Below, piece after piece: positions 17,249 to 25,684 of a stretch of DNA of 64,000 nucleotides (position 1 is its first letter; the number at the start of each line of letters is the position of its first letter). The position numbers and the translations under genes are program-made. Under the pieces are notes generated by a model. The model saw only the letters and a list, made by a program, of their open reading frames with translations, searched no databases and was not told the origin of the DNA. Location of the stretch: positions 919 to 64,918 of the forward strand of contig JBATEX010000133.1 in the NCBI GenBank assembly GCA_049664225.1, given 5' to 3'. Origin of the DNA: Thermoanaerobaculia bacterium. Lineage in GTDB: Bacteria; Acidobacteriota; Thermoanaerobaculia; Multivoradales; JAHEKO01.

Positions 17249-18538
17249 CTATCCCACGTTGGCATCCGCGATCAGGATCTTGACGGCGGAGCCATCCTTC
17301 AGGCCACCCTGTCCGGTCACGATCACCCGGTCACCTGCCGCGACGCCGGAGAGGACCTCGATCAGTTCGCCCTCCTCCAGGCCCAGAGTCACCGCTCTTT
17401 TCTCCGCAACGTCGTCTTCAGCCACGTACACATGAGCCTTCTGAAGCTCTCTGAGCACCGCCTCACGGGGCAGGAGCAGCGCGTCGGAATGCGTCTCGCG
17501 GACGATGTTGACGGTGACGAAGCTACCGGGTCGGACCTGCTCGGGTGGTTCGGTCGCTTCGACCGTCACTTTCACGGTTCCGGTAGAGGTGTCGACAACG
17601 GGGCTGATCTGGCGAATCCGCCCAGCAAAGTACACCTCGGTTGCTGCATCGAGCCGAATCTGGACGTCCTGGCCTTCCTCCAGCCCCAGAACATCACGCT
17701 CCGGCAGATAGATGCGGGCTACGAGCGGGTCGAAGTCGGTCACTTGAAAGAGCTCATCGCCGGGGCGCACATGTTGGCCCAGCTGCGTCATTCGAGCCGT
17801 GATCCGGCCCGAGAACGGCGCGATGATGGTGGTCTTCTTCAGAGCCCATTCGGCTTCTGCAAGCTCCTGCTGAGCGATTTCGTAGTCGATACTCAGCTTG
17901 TCGAATTCCTCGCGACTGATGAGCTCCCTTTCCACCAACTCCTTGGCCCGGTCGTAGGCGGCGCGGGCATTGGTCTCCTGGAGCTGCGCTTTCTTGAACG
18001 CGATTGCCTGGTCGTCCCGCACGAGAGTCGCCAGAACCTGACCGTTCTTGACCCAGTCGCCCTCCTCGACCCGCAGCGTCAGGACACGTCCTTCGACCTC
18101 GGAGAGGACCTTGACCTCGTTCTCGGCAACCAGGTTGGCCGTGGAGCTGGTGTAGGCGGAAACAGAGCCCTCCTCCACCGAGGCCACTTCGACCGGCACT
18201 GGCGTCTTGGCATCGTCGCCTTCCTCGTCGCCCTTCTTCTCGTCGTCAGTATCCTCCGGCGTCGAGGCGGCGCTCTCGGACGCGTCGGAACTCTCCTCTA
18301 CCGTCGACGCACCGTTGGCTCTGGCGGCACTCACGTTCATCAACGTCACAGCGCCGGCGACCAGCAGGAGGACAGCAACGGCCAACGACATCCACCGCCA
18401 CAACTTCTTCCCTCGCCTGGTGCCGTTCTTCGCTTCGGATCGTTCAGTCATTTCAGCCTCCATCAACCTGGCCTTGGTTGCTTTCGCGTATTGGTTCCGA
18501 CGCTCGTTTCTACGTATCGGAATCACCATTTGTTTCAA
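17249..18538 (-). CDS. RND efflux periplasmic adaptor (membrane fusion protein, HlyD family)
   Basis: N-terminal TM, acidic low-complexity linker, then lipoyl/barrel-sandwich and beta-barrel MFP pattern (VEGRV..., coiled-coil, GDRVIVTG). Directly upstream of the RND permeases. Confidence 0.85.
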   Translation of the reverse strand: MKQMVIPIRRNERRNQYAKATKARLMEAEMTERSEAKNGTRRGKKLWRWMSLAVAVLLLVAGAVTLMNVSAARANGASTVEESSDASESAASTPEDTDDEKKGDEEGDDAKTPVPVEVASVEEGSVSAYTSSTANLVAENEVKVLSEVEGRVLTLRVEEGDWVKNGQVLATLVRDDQAIAFKKAQLQETNARAAYDRAKELVERELISREEFDKLSIDYEIAQQELAEAEWALKKTTIIAPFSGRITARMTQLGQHVRPGDELFQVTDFDPLVARIYLPERDVLGLEEGQDVQIRLDAATEVYFAGRIRQISPVVDTSTGTVKVTVEATEPPEQVRPGSFVTVNIVRETHSDALLLPREAVLRELQKAHVYVAEDDVAEKRAVTLGLEEGELIEVLSGVAAGDRVIVTGQGGLKDGSAVKILIADANVG

Positions 18539-18610
18539 GCAAACTCAGCCCTTTTGACGTTGCCGACGGATTCAATTGACTCCGAAGTGGGTTTGCACCA
18601 TCCTGTTCGC

Positions 18611-19504
18611 ATGCGGTTGCTCGTTTCCTGCCCCTCCTGCAAACGCCAATACGACGCTGGCGAGCTGCAGGCCGGAGACCGCTTTCATTGCCTCTGCAGC
18701 GAGATTCTCGAGGTGCCGGTACCGTCACCTCACGACGCCGCCGTGGTCCGCTGCTCGGCGTGTGGAGCGCCTCGCCAGGCAGAATCCGCCACCTGCCGCT
18801 TCTGCGACGCTGACTTCACCCTCCACGAGCGGGATCTGCACACAATCTGCCCAGCGTGCATGGCACGCGTCAGTGACCGTGCCCGCTATTGCCATCACTG
18901 CGCTACCCCGCTGCTGCCTGCCGGCAGAGCCGGAGAACGGAGCCTGACGCCATGCCCCGCGTGCTCCGACTCCATCCACCTGACCAGTCGTGAGCTCGGC
19001 CAGCCCCCGGTGTCGGTCCTCGAGTGCCCCCGCTGTGCCGGTCTCTGGCTGGCCAAGGACACGGCACAAGTCTTGATGGAGAGAGTGAGAGAGGCCTCCA
19101 TGACCACCGAGCTGACATCGACCCGGAAGGGGTCGATTGAGACAGTTCCGGCGGCTGGACAGGACCAGACTCGCCTCTATCGTCCCTGCCCGGTCTGCGG
19201 CAAGCTGATGCACCGGCTGAACTTCGGTCGCAAGAGCGGCATCATTGTCGACAGCTGTCGACCCCACGGCCTGTGGTTCGATGCCAACGAGCTCGATGCG
19301 GTGGTGCGTTGGATCCGCACCGGAGGCGAATCAGAGGCCAGACGGCTTCGCCGGGAGATGGAAGCCGACCTCGAGCGGCGAGCGGATTTCGACAGGCAGA
19401 TGCCAACCCTGGGCGCTGGATCCGGATGGTCGGAAAGCGTTGCCGGCTCGGGCTCGCTCCTGAGCCTGCTCGGATGGCTGCTGGACCGGATTCTCAACCG
19501 CTGA
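18611..19504 (+). CDS. Multi-zinc-ribbon protein with two TFIIB-type zinc-finger-like modules
   Basis: Repeated CxxC pairs throughout. Two modules of type CPxC...L..........C..C.G.W(L/F)D..EL (CPACSDS...CPRCAGLWLAKD and CPVCGKLM...CRPHGLWFDANELD). Only the 3' 297 codons of the 886-aa ORF are credited. Confidence 0.7.
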   Translation: MRLLVSCPSCKRQYDAGELQAGDRFHCLCSEILEVPVPSPHDAAVVRCSACGAPRQAESATCRFCDADFTLHERDLHTICPACMARVSDRARYCHHCATPLLPAGRAGERSLTPCPACSDSIHLTSRELGQPPVSVLECPRCAGLWLAKDTAQVLMERVREASMTTELTSTRKGSIETVPAAGQDQTRLYRPCPVCGKLMHRLNFGRKSGIIVDSCRPHGLWFDANELDAVVRWIRTGGESEARRLRREMEADLERRADFDRQMPTLGAGSGWSESVAGSGSLLSLLGWLLDRILNR

Positions 19505-19517
19505 CAGGCCCCAGCCA

Positions 19518-19588
19518 GCATTGCTTCTGAGCCCCACGGCATCTACTGAAGATCGCCCGCAATCTGCACGCGGGGTCAGAAGCAATGC
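19518..19588 (+). other. Long imperfect hairpin (18-bp stem including one G-U pair, 36-nt structured loop) between the zinc-ribbon gene and the sigma-54 activator gene
   Basis: GCATTGCTTCTGAGCCCC (19518..19535) pairs with GGGGTCAGAAGCAATGC (19572..19588). No U-tract follows. Confidence 0.4.
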
Positions 19589-19712
19589 GGGCTAGAGTAC
19601 TGCGAAATATTCGACTGCCGACGGCTGAGCCCCGTGCTACTCTCGGGCAAAATTATGGCGCATACGCCACTCTGATGGGATTCTCATCAGTTTCTTGCCC
19701 TCGAACCCGCCC

Positions 19713-22700
19713 ATGATCGAAGCACCGGCACTTCTCCGCTCCTACGTCCAGGGCATACGCCGTCTCAGCGGCGCGGAATGTGCCAGCCTCTTCATCCCGG
19801 AGCCGATGAGTCGCCTGGCGCGTCCCCTGCTGATCCACGACGGTGAAGCTCCCCCGGTTCCGGAACTCGAAGACCTCGAGTCCGCGGAGGCGTTCGCCAA
19901 CCACATAGCGAAGACCAGCGCGGGGAACGGGGACGAAGAGAGCTCCGGAATACCGTCCCTCGTCATCAGCGAGGCCGCCGATTCCGGCCTGGTGCCGCTG
20001 CCATCGGTGGAGCCCCCATTGACGCTCGGGGCTCTGTTCGGCGACGAGGGCCAGCGGCGACGCAGCGACGCCCGGGAAGGCAAAGGTGGTCCCCTCCTGG
20101 GGGCCTGGATCGGCCTTCGCTTCGCCGCCGGAAAGGGCACGGTATTGGACCGCCTGGCCAGCAGCTATCTACCCAGCAGCCTGCGACAGGCCCAGGATCC
20201 GGAGCACTGGTGGGATTGGCTATTCGCCCTTGGCGGAGCCCTGGCCAGTCACACCAGCCAGGTCTCGGCGATCCTGAAGGATCCCAACACTGGCCTGCCC
20301 GATCGCAAGGAGTTCCAGGCGGTCCTCGCCGACCGATTCCGCGAGGCGGTCGACGAAAGCTCGCCTCTGTCTCTGCTCCTTATCAACCCGGACGATTTCT
20401 ACATCGTCAACGAACGCTTCGGCCGGGAGAGCGGCGACCAGTGCATCCGCGCCATCAGTGAGGCTCTGCGCACGACGCTCCGGGGTACCGACCTGGTGTC
20501 ACGCTACGGGGGCGTAGTCTTCGCGGTAGTTCTTTCCGAAACCCCGGCTCACGAGGCTCGGGAGATCGCCGAGCGCGCCGAGCAGCTCCTCGGCAGCCTC
20601 AGCCTCCTCGACTCTCAGGTCTCGCTCTCCTTCAGCATAGGGCTGGCCACCCTCCAATGCGGGCAGGCGGACGTTGCCAATCCTCTCGAGTTGGTAGGTC
20701 GAGCGGATCAGGCCTTGAATACGGCCAAGCGCATGGGCGGCGGCACGGTGGTGAGCTGGCAAGAGGACTTCGCTTCCCAACAGGTCGGCAGCTTCGATCG
20801 ACTGAGCGGCATCTTCACCGGCAACATGGCGAAGGACTACCGCAACATGGTTCTGCTCAGGGACACGATCGACATCATCGCCCTGCATGATGCCTTCGAT
20901 GATCTTTCAGCTCAGGTTGTCGACAAGCTCTATACGGCCTTCCTACCCAGCCGCATCGGGCTCTTTACCAGAGACGAAGAGGGCCATCTGCAGATCTTGC
21001 GGGGTCTGACTCGCACCGATGGTGGAAGCGGGTTGCAGAGTCGAATCGAGACTCTCGAGCTCGACACTGAGGAGCGCCAGCGCCTGGAAATCGCTGCCGC
21101 CGAGCTGGAAGCGAACGAGACCAGCTACGACTCGCCTGCAGTCGACGGCCAGCAGTCATCACCGACGAAACGAATCTGCTTCACGGTACCTCTCATCGCC
21201 GGCAGCGATTGCCTCGGCTGCCTGATGATCGATGGCCAACACCAGTCCATGACGCTCGACTCTTCGGATCTCATCTTTCTCAAAGCCCTGTCGGCCCAAT
21301 TGGCAGTCGCCATGGACCGGGCTCGTCTGGCTGACCTGGAGAGACGACGCCAGGAGATGGAGCACCGCAGGCTGCGCGCCGAGCTGAGTGACCTTCGCCA
21401 GGCCTTGCAGCAGGTCAAGCTCGTCTACCGATCGAGCGAGATGGAGAGTGTGGTCGGTACCGCGCGACGAGCGGCGCCTACCGACGCAACTGTCCTGATC
21501 ACCGGTGCCAGTGGTACAGGAAAAGAGCTCCTGGCTCGCACGATCCATCAGCTCAGTCCGCGCAGGAGCGCCGCACTGGTCATCGTCGATTGTGGGGCCA
21601 TAGCTTCGTCCCTGATCGAAAGCGAGCTCTTCGGGCACGAAAAGGGCGCCTTTACCGGTGCACAGCAAAACCGTGCTGGGCGGCTGCTGCAGGCCAACGG
21701 TGGAAGCGTGCTGCTGGACGAAATCGGAGAGCTGCCGCTCGAGGTCCAAAGCAAGCTCCTGCGCTTCGTACAGGAGAAGCAGTTTACGACGGTCGGCGGC
21801 TCCAAGACCCGCCGAGTGGATGTCAGGATCATCGCGGCCACCAACAGGGACCTTGCTCGGGAGGTGGAGGCGGGGCGCTTCCGGGAAGATCTCTACCACC
21901 GACTCAACGTTCTGCACCTGAAGATTCCGCCGCTCAAAGAGCGGCCCGATGACATCCTCCACCTCGCTCGGCACTTTCTCGAGCTCTACGCAGTCCAGTA
22001 CCAGAAGCAGGCTCGTGCGCTGTCCCGCTCGGCAGAAGCGGCGATGCTGGCTCACGACTGGCCTGGCAATGTGCGCGAGCTCCAAAATCGGCTCCTGCAA
22101 AGCGTCATCCTCAGCGACGATGAGGAGCTCGAGCCCGAGGAGCTCGGTCTGACCGGTGAGGCGCTCGCCTCCGGACCCTTGCAACCCCGTGTGAGGGAGA
22201 CCGGAACCCCGTCCGAGCCGGCCGATGCCAACACCCAAGCAGTGAAAGGGGAGGAGGAGAGGCGCCGGGATCCCTGGGGAGAGCTCAGGACAGCCCTACA
22301 GCGACAAATCGCATTGGCGGCTGAAAGCGATCCTCCACTGGGCCTGCCCCTCGGTCGCTGGCTGGCAGACGACCTGATTGTCGAAGCCGGCGCCGCTACC
22401 GATCAGGTGGCCCGTCGCGGCTGTCTCTTCGTCGGCTTGCCTGAGAGCACCTTCCGACGCCGCCTGAGAAAAGCCAGCCAGCAGATCCAGTCGGGTCTGG
22501 CACCGCGCTCCGGCAGCTGGAACGAAGTCCAGAGAGTTCTGTCTGACCTGGTGCGGTCCCCCGCGCGGGAGCAGGGGCGACTCCTGGAGCAGGTCCAGGA
22601 GATTCTCCTTGAAGAGATCGTCTCGCGATTCCCGGACGATGTCCGAATCGGTTCCCTGCTGCTGGGTGTAAGCCCTCCCACCTATCGTCGTCGACTCCAA

Positions 22701-22760
22701 GATGGGGGCCAAGAGCCCACTCCCACCGCTGCCGGCGAGCTCCATCCGTCGGAACCCTGA
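19713..22760 (+). CDS. Sigma-54-dependent transcriptional activator (bEBP) with N-terminal degenerate GGDEF and GAF domains
   Basis: AAA+ core with Walker A GASGTGKE, GAFTGA loop, Walker B LLDEIGE and WPGNVREL. The upstream GGDEF-like domain carries RGTD...RYGGVVF, followed by a GAF-like region. The C-terminus has two Fis-type HTH-like segments. The start may be TTG 19695. Confidence 0.88.
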   Translation: MIEAPALLRSYVQGIRRLSGAECASLFIPEPMSRLARPLLIHDGEAPPVPELEDLESAEAFANHIAKTSAGNGDEESSGIPSLVISEAADSGLVPLPSVEPPLTLGALFGDEGQRRRSDAREGKGGPLLGAWIGLRFAAGKGTVLDRLASSYLPSSLRQAQDPEHWWDWLFALGGALASHTSQVSAILKDPNTGLPDRKEFQAVLADRFREAVDESSPLSLLLINPDDFYIVNERFGRESGDQCIRAISEALRTTLRGTDLVSRYGGVVFAVVLSETPAHEAREIAERAEQLLGSLSLLDSQVSLSFSIGLATLQCGQADVANPLELVGRADQALNTAKRMGGGTVVSWQEDFASQQVGSFDRLSGIFTGNMAKDYRNMVLLRDTIDIIALHDAFDDLSAQVVDKLYTAFLPSRIGLFTRDEEGHLQILRGLTRTDGGSGLQSRIETLELDTEERQRLEIAAAELEANETSYDSPAVDGQQSSPTKRICFTVPLIAGSDCLGCLMIDGQHQSMTLDSSDLIFLKALSAQLAVAMDRARLADLERRRQEMEHRRLRAELSDLRQALQQVKLVYRSSEMESVVGTARRAAPTDATVLITGASGTGKELLARTIHQLSPRRSAALVIVDCGAIASSLIESELFGHEKGAFTGAQQNRAGRLLQANGGSVLLDEIGELPLEVQSKLLRFVQEKQFTTVGGSKTRRVDVRIIAATNRDLAREVEAGRFREDLYHRLNVLHLKIPPLKERPDDILHLARHFLELYAVQYQKQARALSRSAEAAMLAHDWPGNVRELQNRLLQSVILSDDEELEPEELGLTGEALASGPLQPRVRETGTPSEPADANTQAVKGEEERRRDPWGELRTALQRQIALAAESDPPLGLPLGRWLADDLIVEAGAATDQVARRGCLFVGLPESTFRRRLRKASQQIQSGLAPRSGSWNEVQRVLSDLVRSPAREQGRLLEQVQEILLEEIVSRFPDDVRIGSLLLGVSPPTYRRRLQDGGQEPTPTAAGELHPSEP

Positions 22761-22795
22761 CGCTCTTCGAGCGTTATAAGGGTAAGGGAGGAGCC

Positions 22796-23368
22796 GTGAC
22801 AGAGACCACGGCGCACAGCGATAGCGATCTGTTCCAGCTGGCGAGACAGGGCAACCGATCTGCCTTTGGGCAACTGGTGGATCGTCACAAGGACGGCCTA
22901 GTCAGTTACCTGATCCGCCTGACCGGCAGTAGGGGCCAGGCCGAAGACCTGGCCCAGGAGGCATTCTTGCGCCTCTATGAACGGGGTCATCGGTATTCCG
23001 AGAAGGGTAGGCTCCAGTCCTACCTCTATCGCATCGCGACCAATCTGGTCCGCAGCGCGGCAAGACGCGACCAACGGTGGTCGAGGCTGCGAGTCGCCTT
23101 CTTCCACTCCAATGGCCATCGGACAGAGCCCAGTCAGCAGACCGAAGTGCTGCGGTGCGAGTTGAACCAGGAGCTGAATCGGGCCCTCGCCAAGCTGCCA
23201 CTGCGCTACAGGGCCCCCATCGTGCTGTCGTACATCGAAGACAAGAGCCACCGAGAAATCGCTGATCTTCTGGGCATCCAAGAGGGAACGGTCAAGTCAC
23301 GGCTGCATCGCGGGCGCGCTCTGCTTCGCGGCGAGCTCGAGCCCTATCAGATGGGAGGACGATCGTGA
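22796..23368 (+). CDS. ECF-type RNA polymerase sigma-70 family factor
   Basis: Region 2 (DLAQEAFLRLYE) and region 4.2 HTH (HREIADLLGIQEGTVKSRLHRGR). GTG start preceded by GGGAGGAG. Confidence 0.9.
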   Translation: MTETTAHSDSDLFQLARQGNRSAFGQLVDRHKDGLVSYLIRLTGSRGQAEDLAQEAFLRLYERGHRYSEKGRLQSYLYRIATNLVRSAARRDQRWSRLRVAFFHSNGHRTEPSQQTEVLRCELNQELNRALAKLPLRYRAPIVLSYIEDKSHREIADLLGIQEGTVKSRLHRGRALLRGELEPYQMGGRS

Positions 23369-23829
23369 CACGGAATCGACAGCAATCCCCCGTCGAAGAG
23401 GCCCTGGCGAAGCTGCCAAGAGAAGTGGCCTCCGAGGACTTCACGAGGCGAGTCCTGGATGGGCTCGCCCATCGCCATTCGTCGAAGCTGGCCGGCATAT
23501 CTCCTCGCTGGCTGGCCACGATCGCGACACTGGCAGTCGTCGGCCTGGCCCTCGGATTCTGGCTCCGCTCCTATCCCGCCGCTGAGCCGACGGTGCAGCA
23601 GGAGAGCGCCCAGAGGATTCGCCAGGAGTACGAGAGTCTTCAAGACGAGGTAGCGGCCCTGCGCTCGCTCGCCGCCCAGCCTCCGCCTGTCTTGTACCTT
23701 GGAGGCGACAGTCAAATCGATCTCGTCCTGGATCTTGGGCAAGGCGCCTTTGACCCCACGAAACTCGATATTCGACCTGCAGCGGTAGGCACCCGGCGAG
23801 CAGCACCCGGGGACCCCCGCATCCAATGA
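23365..23829 (+). CDS. Putative membrane-anchored anti-sigma factor (short cytoplasmic N-terminus, one TM)
   Basis: GTGA overlap with the sigma gene, a single TM (WLATIATLAVVGLALGFWL) and a DFTRRVLDGL motif. No zinc-binding HxxxCxxC was seen. The call rests on position. Confidence 0.55.
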   Translation: MTRNRQQSPVEEALAKLPREVASEDFTRRVLDGLAHRHSSKLAGISPRWLATIATLAVVGLALGFWLRSYPAAEPTVQQESAQRIRQEYESLQDEVAALRSLAAQPPPVLYLGGDSQIDLVLDLGQGAFDPTKLDIRPAAVGTRRAAPGDPRIQ

Positions 23830-23845
23830 AGAGAAAAGGAGACCC

Positions 23846-24616
23846 ATGACTATGCGAACCGAAGGCTCTATCTTCACCCCCCGACGGACCCTCCCTCTTA
23901 CCATCGTTCTCATGGCTGTCGGACTGGTCGCCGCGGCACCGCTCTGGGCGGGAAGCCAGACGGAAGAGAGCGAAGCGATCCGGCAGACCCGCGTCATCAA
24001 GGTAGCGGGTCCCGGGGAGCACCACGCAGTAGCCCACGGCTACGGGACGATGACTAGCCGAGGCTATCTGGGAGTCGAGGCGGTCGAGTTGACTCCCGAG
24101 CTGCGCGAGCATTTCGGGGCTCCGGCTGAGGTCGGAGTGCTGGTCTCGCGGGTGGCAGACGACAGCCCCGCGCAGAGTGTCGGTCTTCAGGTCGGGGACA
24201 TCTTGACGACCGTCGACGACGAGTCCATCGCCTCCTTTGTCGATTTGTTTCACGAGATCTCGAGACATGAAGAAGGAGATGCCGTCAGGGTCGAAGTGTG
24301 GAGAGATGCTCAGTTGCTGGCATTCAACGCGACTCTGACCAAAGCTGAACGGCCCCAGATCGACATCCGTCACTTCAACGTCGACCCTGGTGGCGGGCAC
24401 CGGGGCCTGGTTGTACCGGATGGTGACTACGACGAGGTCATCGAATTGCAGGTCGAGGCATTCGACGAAGCCATCGAGCGTCTCAACCTGGAGTTGAGCA
24501 GCGAAGACTGGCGGGAGCGCTTGCACAGCTTCAACTCGAGTCAGGAGGAGCTGCTCGAGCGTCTGGAAGCGCTGGAGAACCGTCTACGCGAGCTGGAAGG
24601 CGATCTGGAAGAGTGA
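23846..24616 (+). CDS. Exported PDZ domain-containing protein with C-terminal coiled coil
   Basis: N-terminal signal/TM. PDZ core GYLGVEAVELTPEL...GVLVSRVADDSPAQSVGLQVGDILTTVDDESI. No protease domain. Confidence 0.75.
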   Translation: MTMRTEGSIFTPRRTLPLTIVLMAVGLVAAAPLWAGSQTEESEAIRQTRVIKVAGPGEHHAVAHGYGTMTSRGYLGVEAVELTPELREHFGAPAEVGVLVSRVADDSPAQSVGLQVGDILTTVDDESIASFVDLFHEISRHEEGDAVRVEVWRDAQLLAFNATLTKAERPQIDIRHFNVDPGGGHRGLVVPDGDYDEVIELQVEAFDEAIERLNLELSSEDWRERLHSFNSSQEELLERLEALENRLRELEGDLEE

Positions 24617-24716
24617 ACGCCAGCCAGCCAAGAGACCCGAAGGTGCCAGAGAACACGGTCGGATAACAGGCCGGAGAATGTCCTGAGCTCCTAAGCCCTT
24701 AGGCCCCTACGCCCCA

Positions 24717-25568
24717 CTACCCGGGGCTGCCCTTCGAGGCACTCCCGGGGGTGGAGCTCTTCTTCCCGAGGCGGCGCTCCAAGACCGCAGCCACCTCTCC
24801 GCCGATCAAGATCGACATTGCGGTCAGGTACAGCCAGATGAGCAGTGCCACCATTCCGCCGACGATGCCATAGACAGCACTGAAGCGCCCAGTGTTGATC
24901 AGAAAGAGCCGAAAGCCGACCGTCGCCACCGCCCATAGCGAAGTGCCGATCACGGCACCGGCCAGAATCCACCGCTTGGATCGGCTCTGGTCGTGATTCG
25001 GCAGCGTGAAGTAGATAGACCACATCATCAGCACCGAAAGCGCGAGGGTGAGCGGCCACCTGATGTTGCTGTTGAAGGTCTCGAAGCTGAGGATTCTGGC
25101 CACCTCGGGTCCAGCCAAAAGGAAGGCGGCCTGCGCAACGAGGGCTGCCGCAAGCAACAGCAACATGGCCAGCGAGAGAGCGCGCTTCTTCCACCATCGA
25201 TGGGCCCACTTCGCCTCATAGGCCTTGTTGAGACTGTCAGCCAAAGCAGTGAAGACGTTCGAGGCCGTCCAGATCGTCAACAAGACGCCAATCGACAGGG
25301 CGCTGGGGCTTCGAGACTCCGTAACCTGCAGCACGAAGCGGCCGATCGTCTCGGCGGATGCAGGTGGTAGTGCCACCAGTAGCTCCTCCATTACCCATTC
25401 GAAGGCCGCGCGCCGCCCGATCAGACCGGTGAGACTGAATAGGGTCAGGATCATGGGAAAAAACGAGAGAAAGAAATAGTAGGCGATGCTGGCCGACTCC
25501 GCATTGAGTCGGTCGCGGCGACAGCACTGAATCACCTCTCGCGGTATGGATAGGCGTTGCTCAGCCAT
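24717..25568 (-). CDS. YihY/BrkB-family inner membrane protein
   Basis: Polytopic membrane protein with ASIAYYFFLSFFPMILTLFSL and IGGEV motifs characteristic of YihY/virulence factor BrkB. Confidence 0.8.
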   Translation of the reverse strand: MAEQRLSIPREVIQCCRRDRLNAESASIAYYFFLSFFPMILTLFSLTGLIGRRAAFEWVMEELLVALPPASAETIGRFVLQVTESRSPSALSIGVLLTIWTASNVFTALADSLNKAYEAKWAHRWWKKRALSLAMLLLLAAALVAQAAFLLAGPEVARILSFETFNSNIRWPLTLALSVLMMWSIYFTLPNHDQSRSKRWILAGAVIGTSLWAVATVGFRLFLINTGRFSAVYGIVGGMVALLIWLYLTAMSILIGGEVAAVLERRLGKKSSTPGSASKGSPG

Positions 25569-25684
25569 TGGAATCGCCAGTATATGCGCGTCCGACGGGC
25601 GGCCACAGAACGAGATCGGGACCTAGTCCGCGCTGGCGGGCACAACCCTCCGCGGCGCCAGATAGAATAGCCGCTCCTCGAGCC

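Noticed and set aside
16844-18610. First ~590 codons of the 886-aa plus-strand ORF.
   Set aside because: Antisense to the RND permease and MFP genes and with no recognisable domain. Only the zinc-ribbon protein from ATG 18611 looks genuine.
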